A stretch of DNA of 64,000 nt, from NCBI GenBank assembly GCA_044229975.1, contig JBGARZ010000001.1:864001-928000 (forward strand), in the 5' to 3' direction. Every line of letters starts with the position of its first letter. Positions within the stretch are counted from its first letter, which is position 1. Positions 12,001 to 22,813 of the stretch are shown one piece after another. The position numbers and the translations under genes are program-made. The stretch comes from Polyangiales bacterium. GTDB taxonomy: Bacteria > Myxococcota_A > Polyangia > Polyangiales > Ga0077539. The notes below the pieces were generated by a model that ran no database searches, was not told the DNA's origin, and saw nothing but the letters and a program-made list of their open reading frames with translations.

Positions 12001-13734
12001 CTCACCCTCGTCGGTCGCAGCAAGGACGTGGTCGTCGCGGCCAACGGCGAGAACATCTACCCCGACGACGTCGAGCGCGCGCTGGGCGAAGTGTCACTGG
12101 TGAAGGAGCTCGTGGTGCTCGGCATCGCCGACGCCCGCGGCGGAGAGCGCCTCGCGCTGCTCGCGGTGCCCGACCTCGACGACGTGCCCGCGGAGGACCG
12201 CCCGGCCCGTCGCGACAAGGCGCTGCGCAACCTCAAGCACGCGGTGCGCGATCTTCCTCCGGCGTGGCAGCCCGCGGTGGTGCTCCCCTACGACGCAACG
12301 CTCCCACGTACCGCGACGCGCAAGGTGAAGCGCGCCGAGGTGCGCCCGGTGGTCGAGCGCCTCGTGGCGGCGACCACGCCCGTGCGGCCCGGGACGAGCG
12401 GTCGGTCGACACCGGAGAACCCGGTGCGACAGGCCATCGCGGCGATCGCGCGGCGGCCCATCGAGGACGTCACCGAGAAGAGCCGGCTGCGGGCCGACCT
12501 CGGGTACGACTCGCTGATGGCGATGGAGCTCGCGGTGGCGCTGGAGGCCATCCGGGGGCGACAGGTTCCGCAGGAGATGGTGAGCGTCGAGACGGTGGGC
12601 GAACTGGAGCGGGCGCTGGGCTTGGACAGCGAGCTTGCGCGGCAGCACGACGACGAGCGCGCGGTCGCGCCGAAGGACGACGACGACGAGATCAGGCTCG
12701 ACGTCCCGGCGCCGCTCAAGGACGCCGCCAAGTCGGCGCTCGCGGTGTTGCAGCGCGAGTTCTACGCGTCGGTGATGAAGCCCAGGGTGACGGGGCGCGC
12801 GTACATCCCGCACAACCGCAACGCGCTCGTGGTGGCCAACCACACGAGCCACCTGGACATGGGCTTCGTGAAGTACGCCCTCGGCAGCTACGGGAAGAAC
12901 CTCGTAGCCCTCGCGGCGCGCGACTACTTCTTCGACACGCCGCTCAAGCGCGCGCTGATGGAGAACCTCACCAACGTCGCCTCCTTCGACCGCGACGCGG
13001 GCCTGCACGAGACACTCAACGAGGTCGGCGAGCTGCTCCGCGCGGGCAAGACGGTGCTCATCTTCCCGGAGGGCACGCGCAGTCCCGATGGGCGCATCCA
13101 GAAGTTCCTCGGGGCGGTGGGCTTCCTCACGCTGCACTACGAGGTCGACGTGCTCCCGGTGTGGGTGGGCGGAACCTTCGAGTCGCTCCCCAAGACGGGC
13201 CTCGTCCCCAAGCGGCGGGACATCACGGCGCGCATCGGTCCGCCGCTGGAGCTCGATCACATCCGTCGGCTTACGCGCGGGATGAAGCCCGTGGAGTCGG
13301 CGCGCACGGTGGCGCGCCTCGCGCAACGCGCGGTGGAGTCGCTGCGCGACGGGACGGTGCTCGACCTGTCGACGCTCTCCGACGCGAAGGAGGACACGGC
13401 GGCGCGCAAGCATCCGCTGGTGGCGCTCTTCGACGAGCTGCCCGGGCGCTTCCTCAAGGGGAAGGTCGACAACCCCGTGAGCTTCTACTTCACCCTGGGC
13501 GCCGAGCCCGAGGCCAAGTGGACGGTGCAGGTCACGCCGACCGAGTGCCTCGTGGTCAACGGGAAGTCCGACACCGGCACCGCGGACTGCGTCCTCAAGA
13601 CGAGCGCCGAGCTGTTCACGCGCATCGTGCGCGAGGGCTACGAGCCGGGCGTGTCGGAGTTCATGTCGGGGCAGGTGAAGTCCAACGACGTGGGTCTCTT
13701 GCAGACCTTCACGCGCGCCTTCCACCTGGGTTGA
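9067..13734 (+). CDS. elbD: Multifunctional ether-lipid synthase (ElbD-like): acyl-CoA reductase + AMP-binding + ACP + PlsC acyltransferase + SCP2-like domain
   Basis: GGTGFLGK and YTYTK (reductase); YTSGTTGTPKG, GYGLTE, RTGDLG (adenylation); LGYDSL (Ppant Ser); NHTSHLD and FPEGTRS (acyltransferase). The in-frame GTG at 9067 overlaps the elbC stop. Confidence 0.9.
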
Positions 13735-13752
13735 GCGAGCGGAGACTTTCCG

Positions 13753-14751
13753 ATGAAGGCACTGGTCACGGGCGCGTCAGGGTTTCTCGGCGCCCACCTG
13801 GTCGACACACTGGTCGCGCGCGGTCACGAGGTCGTGGCCCTGGCACGCAAGCCCGCGCGGGTCGCCTCGCGGGCGGGCGTCACGGCCGTCGCGGGAGACA
13901 TCCTCGACGCCGACTCGCTCAAGGGCGCGGCGGCGGGCTGCGAGGCCATCTTCCATTGCGCGGGCGTGGTGTCGCGCGACCCCGAGGACGGGGAGCTCTT
14001 GTGGCGCACCAACGTCCTCGGCACCCGCAACGTGGTGCAGGCCGCGAAGGCCGCCGGGGTGAAGCGCGTCGTGCACGCGAGCACCAGTGGGACGGTGGCC
14101 ATCAGCGAAGACGCCACGCAGGTCAGCCGCGAGGACGACCCGACGCCGTACGCCCTCATCGAGCGCTTCCCGTACTACCGCTCGAAGCTCTACGCCGAGC
14201 AGGAGGCGCTGCGGGCCAACGGCGACGACCTCGCCGTGGTGTGCGTCAACCCGTCGCTGCTGCTCGGTCCGGGCGACGAGTTCGGCTCTTCGACGGGGGA
14301 CGTGCAGCGCTTCCTCGACCGGAAGATTCCGGCCGTCCCGGCAGGTGGCATGGCCTACGTCGACGCCCGCGACGCGGCCGAGGCGATGGTGCTGGCGTGG
14401 GAGAAGGGAACGCCCGGGCGGCGGTACCTGGTCAACGCGGTCAACTGCACGCTGCGGGAGTTCTTCGGGCGGCTGGCGCGGGTGAGCGGGGTCGAGGCGC
14501 CGACGCTGCGGATGCCGCCATCGCGCACGGTCGCGCGCTTCGGGGCGCGGCTCATGGAGGCCGGCGCGAAGTTCGCGGGCACCACCGCCCCGGTCGACGC
14601 GACCAGCGTCGAGATGTCCCAGCTCTATTGGTACTGCGACAGTTCGCGAGCGACGCGTGACCTCGGCTGGGCCCCGCGTGACCCCGTCGCGACCCTCGCC
14701 GACACCGTCGACGACCTCCGTCGACGGACGACCTTCAAGACCCTCCGCTGA
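13753..14751 (+). CDS. elbE: NAD-dependent epimerase/dehydratase, extended SDR (ElbE-like)
   Basis: VTGASGFLG, YYRSK catalytic YxxxK, GGAG RBS upstream; last gene of the operon. Confidence 0.85.
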   Translation: MKALVTGASGFLGAHLVDTLVARGHEVVALARKPARVASRAGVTAVAGDILDADSLKGAAAGCEAIFHCAGVVSRDPEDGELLWRTNVLGTRNVVQAAKAAGVKRVVHASTSGTVAISEDATQVSREDDPTPYALIERFPYYRSKLYAEQEALRANGDDLAVVCVNPSLLLGPGDEFGSSTGDVQRFLDRKIPAVPAGGMAYVDARDAAEAMVLAWEKGTPGRRYLVNAVNCTLREFFGRLARVSGVEAPTLRMPPSRTVARFGARLMEAGAKFAGTTAPVDATSVEMSQLYWYCDSSRATRDLGWAPRDPVATLADTVDDLRRRTTFKTLR

Positions 14752-14790
14752 CCACCCGAAGCTCCCCGAGCGCGGGCACACAGACGCCCA

Positions 14791-14825
14791 CTGACGGGCG
14801 TCATCATTTCGCCCGTCGGCTTTCT
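14791..14825 (+). terminator. Possible intrinsic terminator after the elb operon
   Basis: Stem CTGACGGGCG / CGCCCGTCGG with a short TTTCT tail; the U-tract is weak. Confidence 0.3.
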
Positions 14826-15227
14826 GACAGCGGCCCTGATGCCACAGCGTCAGATCGGGAAAGTGACACTACAACCGTCACTACCATGACACTCCGGACG
14901 CCCGACCGGAGGGCTTGTCAGGGAACCGACGGGGGCTCCGGGCGCCCGATGTCGGAAGAGAATATCCCGTCATCGACAGGCGACAACCCAACCGATATCA
15001 CAGCCGATATCTCTTTCGACCATGGCGGCATCGCCCGCGCGACCAAGGCTCCGACGGCTTCATTTCGCGGGCGTAAAATGGCCCGATCATTTCATTGTCG
15101 ATATCGGGACCGATCACCCCTTCGGCCCCATCTCGCTACGGCAAACCACCGCTGCGTCTCGCACCTACAACGTGGCTAATTCGTCAGACCATTGACGTGT
15201 CAGGTTTGTGGTGTCGATATATTGGCG

Positions 15228-16712
<1,485 letters not shown>

Positions 16713-16715
16713 CCC

Positions 16716-18107
16716 TCACGCCTCGGCGGAAGGCGCCGTCTTGACCGCGCCGACCACCGGCAGCGCCGACCCCGCCAGCAGCGCCCTCGCGCACGGACCG
16801 ACGACCTCGGCCAGCGCCTCGCGCACCGTCGCCGCGTGCTCCGCCGCGTCGAGCCGTCCCCACGCCCGCCACGCCTGCGCGTCGACCCCGATCGCCACGT
16901 CGGCGACGGCGGTGGGCGACCGACCGAGCGCGTCGGCGAAGGCCCGCTCCGCCACCGCGAGAAGCTCTGGCCGCGAGGTCACCGCCCACGCGACGAAGCG
17001 CCAGGCCAGGTTGGCGTGGCGCTCCTCGTCGGCGGCGATGCGAGCGAGCGCCGTGCGGGCCAGCGGCGACGTCGCCCGAGCGAGCTGCGCCTGCGCCACC
17101 AGGGCCGCCACGGTCTCGCCCACGCAGCCCTCGACGATCGCGTCGCGCACCGACTTCTCCGCGCACAGGCCGTCGAGCGCGCCCGAGGCGTCGAGCGCAC
17201 CGGGGCCCGTCGTCGCGCCGTCGAGCGACGCCGCGAGGTCGAGGCACAGCCGCGCGTGGTCGACCTCGTCGAGCGCCGCCCGCTGCGCGTCCGCCACCAG
17301 CGAGGGTGGAGCGCCCATGGCGAGGAGCTCCATGGTGAAGCGCGCGAACGACGCCACCGACGCGTGCTCCATGCGCCCGTCTTCGCGCCACGCCGCCGCG
17401 AGCGCCGCGCGCGTCGAGGCGTCGAGCCCGCCCACGGTCTGCGTCGGCACCGTCACCCACGACGACGCCGTCACCGTCTCGGCCGACCGCGGCGAGCCGT
17501 CGACCATCATCGGCCGACCGCAGCAGGCCATGTCGCACCACGTGTAGCAACACAGCTCGCCCTCCCGCTCCACCGCGAGCGCCGGGTTGCAGCAGCCGCT
17601 CTGCACGACCTGCGGCGCGTAGCACCCGTTGGACGCCCGCGGCGCGTCGATGGGCTCGGGGCCCGCGTCGCGCACGCCGCCCGCGTCGAAGATCGGACGA
17701 AAGCCCGCACCGCCGCCGCCTGGAGGCGTGCGGATGCGGGCCTCGACCTCTTCGAAGGTGAGGCACTGCCGCTCCGCGCGCGTGCCGCACGAGATCCCGT
17801 TGTCGGTCGCGACGGGGCGGTCTTCGGGGAAGCCTGCGTCGACGGCGACCTGCACATCGACGGGCGTGCCCAGGTCGACGAGCACGGGGCGGTCGACGGC
17901 GGTCTGCACGTCGACAGGAGTGCCCTGGTCGACGGGCGTGGGGCGATCGACGGCGGTCTGCACGTCGACGGCAGTGCCCTGATCGACGGGCGAACCCTGA
18001 TCGACCGCGGCGTCGGTGGTGGTCACCGACCCGGAGCACCCAAGCGGGAGCAGCGGGGCGAGCGTGGCGAGGAGCCCGATGCGAAAGCGAGTGGAGTTGC
18101 GCGTCAT
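16716..18107 (-). CDS. Lipoprotein with Asp-periodic repeats, a Cys cluster and a C-terminal ferritin-like diiron domain
   Basis: Lipobox LPLGC; (PVDQGT/AVDVQT)n; CCYTWCDMACCGRP; MEHAS...DEVDH...GCVGET...DEERH diiron-type ligands. Confidence 0.8.
   Translation of the reverse strand: MTRNSTRFRIGLLATLAPLLPLGCSGSVTTTDAAVDQGSPVDQGTAVDVQTAVDRPTPVDQGTPVDVQTAVDRPVLVDLGTPVDVQVAVDAGFPEDRPVATDNGISCGTRAERQCLTFEEVEARIRTPPGGGGAGFRPIFDAGGVRDAGPEPIDAPRASNGCYAPQVVQSGCCNPALAVEREGELCCYTWCDMACCGRPMMVDGSPRSAETVTASSWVTVPTQTVGGLDASTRAALAAAWREDGRMEHASVASFARFTMELLAMGAPPSLVADAQRAALDEVDHARLCLDLAASLDGATTGPGALDASGALDGLCAEKSVRDAIVEGCVGETVAALVAQAQLARATSPLARTALARIAADEERHANLAWRFVAWAVTSRPELLAVAERAFADALGRSPTAVADVAIGVDAQAWRAWGRLDAAEHAATVREALAEVVGPCARALLAGSALPVVGAVKTAPSAEA
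17836..18012 (-). repeat. 18-bp degenerate intragenic tandem repeat with a 54-bp higher-order period
   Basis: Encodes AVDQGS-PVDQGT-AVDVQT-AVDRPT-PVDQGT-PVDVQT-AVDRPV-LVDLGT-PVDVQV-AVDAG. Confidence 0.8.
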
Positions 18108-18119
18108 GGCGCCGAGCCT

Positions 18120-18135
18120 CGCACCGCTCGTGCCG
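18120..18135 (-). promoter_or_regulatory. Candidate sigma54 (-24/-12) promoter for the ferritin-like lipoprotein
   Basis: Minus strand CGGCACGAGCGGTGCG against consensus TGGCACG-N4-TTGC, with correct GG-N10-GC spacing; predicted start site within a few nt of the ATG at 18107. Confidence 0.5.
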
Positions 18136-18198
18136 TACGGGAAGTGACGGCGGATGGAGGTACGACCTGCGCCAGGGTGCGCCAGGCCGTCGATGGGA

Positions 18199-18930
18199 TC
18201 AGGCGGTGACGTCGAGGCGGTAGAGGGTCCCGCCGTTGTCGATGCCGTAGAGGTTGCCGCTCGCCGAGAAGAGGTGGCGGAAGTCGCTCAGGTCGTCGCC
18301 CGTGAGCTCTTCGTAGGATGAGTCTTCGAGCGTCGTTGCGCCGAGCGCGCCGTCGTCCTCGATCGCGTAGAAGACGCCGTTGTGGATCGTCGCCGCGAGC
18401 GTGTCGTCGTAGGCGCCCTCGTCGCCGAAGCGGCTCCACTCGCCGCTCTCGCCGTCGATCTTGTAGAGGCTACCTTCCTTCTCCAGCACGTAGACGTAGC
18501 CCTGCCACACCCACAGCGCCGCGGTGTCATAGCCGTCGCCGAGGTCGGTGGGCTCGCCGCCGTCCACCGGCATCGCCGAGAGCTGACCCGCGTCGTCGAC
18601 GTAGTAGATCGTCCCCTGCACCGCGTCGGCGGCCACCGCGTCGGCCCACGCCTCGTCGTCGCCGATCTGCTCCCACTCGCCCGTGCTGGGGTCGATCTCG
18701 TAGAGCGTGCCGTCGTTTTCGATGGCGTAGAGCACGCCGTCGTTGGTGCCGTCCGCCATGAGGATGCGCGTGTTGTAGCCCTCGCCGAGCACCTTCCACT
18801 GCCCGAGCTTCGCGCTCGTCGAGTAGAGCTTGCCGCCCTCCTCATAGGTGAAGAGCTTGCGCCCGAGGCCCACGCCCGTGACGGTGTTCTTCCACGCGCC
18901 GGGCTCGCTCTCCTGAACCTTGCTGACCAT
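18199..18930 (-). CDS. Highly acidic six-bladed beta-propeller protein (lectin-like repeats), no signal peptide
   Basis: Six ~38-40-aa repeats of the form LY(A/V)IE.DG.LY.ID..SGEW..(I/L)G; AGGAGG RBS upstream. Confidence 0.7.
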   Translation of the reverse strand: MVSKVQESEPGAWKNTVTGVGLGRKLFTYEEGGKLYSTSAKLGQWKVLGEGYNTRILMADGTNDGVLYAIENDGTLYEIDPSTGEWEQIGDDEAWADAVAADAVQGTIYYVDDAGQLSAMPVDGGEPTDLGDGYDTAALWVWQGYVYVLEKEGSLYKIDGESGEWSRFGDEGAYDDTLAATIHNGVFYAIEDDGALGATTLEDSSYEELTGDDLSDFRHLFSASGNLYGIDNGGTLYRLDVTA

Positions 18931-19034
18931 CGTCGCCTCCTGTCGCGGCGCGCGGAGAACACGCTCTCCATCGCCGCGAAGGCGCGCACCCTCGCACGGA
19001 GCACAGAGCCCGCGCCACCGTTGTCAGGGTGCGC

Positions 19035-19634
19035 TCAGTGCGCCGAAGCGGGAGCGAGCTTCGCCATGATCGCGAAGCCGAGGCCGAGCACCGGGGTCAC
19101 CACCGCCATGGGGACGAGCGCCGCAACGGCGGCCGAGGTCCATGCGGCGAAGCTGGCGACGTCGCCCGCGGTGGCGCTGGGCGCGGGGCCGTCGAGGTCG
19201 AGCTCGCGACGCATCTCGCCGACGGGGCGGTCGAGCAGGGCGTCGTTGAAGGTCGCGCCGTACAGGTTGCGGCTGTGACGACCGCGCACGAACGCACGGA
19301 ACACGGACACCGGCGCGAGCCCGAGGCCCATGCCCATCGCCGTGAGGTTGAGAAACCACGCGGCGTAGTGGTCGGTGCAGCCCGTCGCGATCTCCCAGGC
19401 GCCGATCTGACCTTCGCCCGCGTTGGTGGTCGGGTAGTCGGTGACGAGGTGGTGCAGGTCGTGGAAGCGCACCGCGCGCACCCGCGACGGCGTGTTGGGA
19501 AACGCTACCGGGAAGGGGCCGACCTTCGACTTCACCCACCCGTCGTTGTAGCCGCCGTCGACGCCGAAGTGGTTGTCCTCGAAGTATTGCCGTCGCGCGT
19601 CGCGCATCGTGAGCGTGTCGTCGTAGTGGACCAT
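19035..19634 (-). CDS. COQ4-like metal-binding protein with a C-terminal hydrophobic helix
   Basis: HDLHH-x11-E matches the COQ4 HDxxH-x11-E motif; also EMRRELDL near the C-terminus. Confidence 0.6.
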   Translation of the reverse strand: MVHYDDTLTMRDARRQYFEDNHFGVDGGYNDGWVKSKVGPFPVAFPNTPSRVRAVRFHDLHHLVTDYPTTNAGEGQIGAWEIATGCTDHYAAWFLNLTAMGMGLGLAPVSVFRAFVRGRHSRNLYGATFNDALLDRPVGEMRRELDLDGPAPSATAGDVASFAAWTSAAVAALVPMAVVTPVLGLGFAIMAKLAPASAH

Positions 19635-19716
19635 GGCGTTCCGTCTCCCTCGCGGGTGGTGGGTGTAGGGTCGAAGCCCCCCAGCTCGTCAAGGGACGAT
19701 CGGCTACGGTAGCGCC

Positions 19717-20463
19717 ATGCCAGCGAAGACCCCGAAGCCCTCCGCGAGCGACTCTGTCCGCCAACAGTGGCTGGCTCGTGTCGAGGCCGAGTACCGGTCG
19801 GCCGTGCTCACCCAGGAGCTCACCCTCTGGCTGATGCAGGCCGGCGCCTCGCCCGACCTCCTGCGCGACGGCCTCCGCATCGTCGAGGACGAGCTCACCC
19901 ACGCCGAGCTCTCCATGGCCGCCTACCAGGCCGCCGGCGGGAGCTCGCTCCCCACCCTCGCGCGCGAGACCCTCGGCCTCACGAGGCACCACGGCGAGCC
20001 GCTCGAACACGACATCCTCCGCGTCGCCGGGGACGGCTTCTGCCTGGGCGAAACCGTCGCCGTCCCGCTCTTCAAGAACCTCCGCGACGGCTGCACCGTC
20101 CCCGTCGCCCGCAAGGCCCTCGACCGCATCCTGCGCGACGAGGTGCGCCACCGCGACTTCGGCTGGACCCTCCTCGAATGGCTCCTCGAAGGACCGCTCG
20201 GCGCCAACCTCCGTGGACTTGTCGGGCGTGAGCTGCCCGACTGGTTCGAGCGCATCCGGCGCAGCTACGCGCCGGCGTACGCAGGGCAGTTCACCACCAT
20301 CTCGGAGGACGATCAGCAGTGGGGGCTCATGGCACCCGCCCGCTACGCAGCGGTCGTCGAACGGAGTTGGGAGCGCGACTGGAAGCCTCGCTTCAGCGAG
20401 CTCGGCATCGACGCCGTCCCCGCGTGGGAGACGGCCACGGCCCGCACTACGACAGCGCGATGA
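19717..20463 (+). CDS. Cytoplasmic ferritin-like diiron protein
   Basis: AEYRS...EDELTH...CLGETVA...RDEVRH; visibly paralogous to the C-terminal domain of 16716-18107. Confidence 0.75.
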   Translation: MPAKTPKPSASDSVRQQWLARVEAEYRSAVLTQELTLWLMQAGASPDLLRDGLRIVEDELTHAELSMAAYQAAGGSSLPTLARETLGLTRHHGEPLEHDILRVAGDGFCLGETVAVPLFKNLRDGCTVPVARKALDRILRDEVRHRDFGWTLLEWLLEGPLGANLRGLVGRELPDWFERIRRSYAPAYAGQFTTISEDDQQWGLMAPARYAAVVERSWERDWKPRFSELGIDAVPAWETATARTTTAR

Positions 20464-20956
20464 CCACGCCCGCATCGGCGAGTGGGTGCACGGCGCAGTC
20501 GGTCGATGAGCCGTCCTCCCAGACCAGACAGGTGAAGTCGATGCGGTCGTCGAGGGCGATCATCGGGTGGTGCCACACACCCGGGCGGTAGCTCACGCCC
20601 GTGGCCCCAGCGACCACGAAGGCACGCAGCGTCGACAGGTCGGGCGCGTCGCCACCGAGCGCGACCACCGCGAGGTAGCGGCGGGCGTTCATGGGGATGA
20701 ACACCTGCGTCGACGCAGGGTGCTTCTCCAGCAGCGCCAACGGGAGTGGCCAGTCGAGGCGCGGGGCACAGCGGAAGCTGCACACGTTGAGCGTGGCTTC
20801 GGGGCGCAGCGAACGAACGTCGGTGAGGAAGTCGCGGCGGGCAGCGGTTCCCTGGTTGGCGGGCTTCGCGGCGACGTCGGCGCGCTCGGCGGAGATCACG
20901 TCGCCATAGGGCGCGTAGGCTTCCGACGAGAGCGCCTCGGCGACGACGATGGGCAC
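20447..20956 (-). CDS. allA: Ureidoglycolate lyase
   Basis: YAPYGDVI, ANQGTA, LEKHPASTQVFIPM, GVSYRPGVWHHPM; GTG start adjacent to the uraH stop. Confidence 0.9.
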   Translation of the reverse strand: MPIVVAEALSSEAYAPYGDVISAERADVAAKPANQGTAARRDFLTDVRSLRPEATLNVCSFRCAPRLDWPLPLALLEKHPASTQVFIPMNARRYLAVVALGGDAPDLSTLRAFVVAGATGVSYRPGVWHHPMIALDDRIDFTCLVWEDGSSTDCAVHPLADAGVVIALS

Positions 20957-20957
20957 G

Positions 20958-21302
20958 TCAGCTCCCGCGGTAGGTGCTGAGCCCGAAGGGGCTGAGCAGC
21001 AGCGGGACGTGGTGATGCTGGCTCGCGTCGCGCACGCGGAAGACGAGCACCGCCTCGGGGAAGAAGCCCTCCACGCCGATGGCGCCGAAGTACGCCTCGG
21101 TGTCGAAGGTGAGGCGATACACACCCTCGGAGAGCGGCGTGTTGGTGGGGACCAGCGTGCGGAGGCGGCCGTCGTCGTCGGTCTTGCCGTGACCGACGGG
21201 CGCCCAGGAGCCGTCGTCGCGGCGACGTTCGAGGAGGACGGGGACGCCCGTCGCAGGCTTGCCGCGCGCGGTGTCGAGGACGTGGGTGGTGATGCTGTTC
21301 AT
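20958..21302 (-). CDS. uraH: 5-hydroxyisourate hydrolase (transthyretin-like)
   Basis: ITTHVLDTARGKPA, TDDDGR, HVPLLLSPFGLSTYRGS with the diagnostic YRGS end. Confidence 0.95.
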   Translation of the reverse strand: MNSITTHVLDTARGKPATGVPVLLERRRDDGSWAPVGHGKTDDDGRLRTLVPTNTPLSEGVYRLTFDTEAYFGAIGVEGFFPEAVLVFRVRDASQHHHVPLLLSPFGLSTYRGS

Positions 21303-22813
21303 GGTTCGAGGAGCTTCTCCAGGCGCAGCCGGGTGATGCGGTGCTGCTCGGCCGCCGCGACGCGCAGCTCGGCCTCCGGGTCGTTGCCCATGCGCGCCTT
21401 CGCCAGCGCCAGCATCTCGTCGAGCGTGCGACCCGTCGCGCACACGATGTAGATGAACCCGAAGCGCGCCTCGTACGCCTTGTTGAGCTCGGCGAGCTCG
21501 GTGCGCAGCGCGTCGCTCGCGCCCGCGGTGCCCGACTGTTCGGAGGCCGACCAGCGCTTCGCCGTCGCGTCCTGACCCGCGGCGGCCTTCGTCTCGCCGA
21601 TGCGCGGGTGCGCGCGAAAGGCCTCGCGCCAGTCGTCGGGTGACGTCCACGACCACGTCGCGTCGGCGGCCTCGCGCAGCGCCTCCACCGACGCGTAGGG
21701 GCGGCCTTCGGCCATCCACTCGATCCAGCGCGACGAGCCGCAGCACGCACGCAGGGACGACTCGGCGATGGACGGCGTGAGCGTGTTGAAGCGCGTGAGA
21801 CCGAGGCCGAGGCGCTCGTCGGGGGAGAGCGTTCCGAAGGCGCGCAGGCGGCTGACACCGCCGTCGGGGAAGACCTCCAGGCGCAGGTGCGTCGCGGGGC
21901 CGTGGTCGACCAGAACGTCCTCGAACCAGTGGCGCGTGTCGGCCTGGAGCTTCGTGCGCGGGAGCAGCTCGCGCCACGCGGTCTCGTCGGCGAGGCGAGC
22001 TTCATCGGAGGCGTCGCAGACCAGCACGCGACACGTGTCTGGGTAGTTGCCCTTGAAGTGGTGCGTGTCGATGACGAGCCGCGTGAGCGTCGCGCGGGCG
22101 GCGAGCTTCACCAATGCCCAGTCGTGGTGCGGCCCGCGGCTGCGGCGGGTTTCCCAGCCGTCGCCCATGTTGAGCGCGCGGTCGGGCATGATCAGGTTGC
22201 GGCGCTCACCAAAGAACATGTCGCTGCACGTCACGACGTGCGCCCCGTTTTCGGCCGCCGCGAGGTCGACCTCGCCGCGCGCGTGACCCGTGCGACGCCA
22301 GTCGGGCACCGCCTCGCCGAAGACCCGCAGTCGCGCGACGCCGCCGTCGGGGAAGATGTTGAGCCGCACGTGCGTGAACGCGAAGGGGCTCTCCACCGCG
22401 AAGGGGTTCTTGGAGTCGCCGTTGAGCGCGGACTTCGGGAGGATCTCGATCCACTCGGTGGACGGATCGGTGAGGGTCTCGATGCGCGCGTCCGAGGGAA
22501 GGGCGCACGCCTCGATGGAGCACTGCGCCGGGTAGTTGCCCCGGAAGAACGCCGTGTCGACCACGACGCCGCGGATCACTCCCGGAACGCCCAGTCGGAC
22601 GATGGCCCAGTCGTGTCCTTCGACGCGCTTGCGGCGGCTCTCCCAGCCGTCCATCCACTTGCCGCGGTCGGTGTACTCGTGCGGGAGGAAGACCGCCTCG
22701 CCGGGCTTCAGGAGGTTCTCCTTCTCGGCGAAGAAGTCGTCGCTGGCGGCGATCACCGCGCCGCGCAGGCGCAGCGAGGCGAGGTCCATGAGTTCGGTGA
22801 AGGGTGTGGTCAT
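21299..22813 (-). CDS. alc: Allantoicase fused to OHCU decarboxylase
   Basis: Two allantoicase repeats (MDGWESRRKR / MGDGWETRR, FPDGGVARLR / FPDGGVSRLR), then AFRAHPRIG, SASEQS, NKAYEARFGFIYIVCATGR. Confidence 0.92.
   Translation of the reverse strand: MTTPFTELMDLASLRLRGAVIAASDDFFAEKENLLKPGEAVFLPHEYTDRGKWMDGWESRRKRVEGHDWAIVRLGVPGVIRGVVVDTAFFRGNYPAQCSIEACALPSDARIETLTDPSTEWIEILPKSALNGDSKNPFAVESPFAFTHVRLNIFPDGGVARLRVFGEAVPDWRRTGHARGEVDLAAAENGAHVVTCSDMFFGERRNLIMPDRALNMGDGWETRRSRGPHHDWALVKLAARATLTRLVIDTHHFKGNYPDTCRVLVCDASDEARLADETAWRELLPRTKLQADTRHWFEDVLVDHGPATHLRLEVFPDGGVSRLRAFGTLSPDERLGLGLTRFNTLTPSIAESSLRACCGSSRWIEWMAEGRPYASVEALREAADATWSWTSPDDWREAFRAHPRIGETKAAAGQDATAKRWSASEQSGTAGASDALRTELAELNKAYEARFGFIYIVCATGRTLDEMLALAKARMGNDPEAELRVAAAEQHRITRLRLEKLLEP

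Noticed and set aside
14886..15179. 97-aa ORF in the long intergenic region
   Set aside because: No RBS, atypical codon usage and no recognisable motif.
19655..19685. REP-like GGG..GAAGCCCC hairpin
   Set aside because: Single, imperfect copy in the window; too weak to call.
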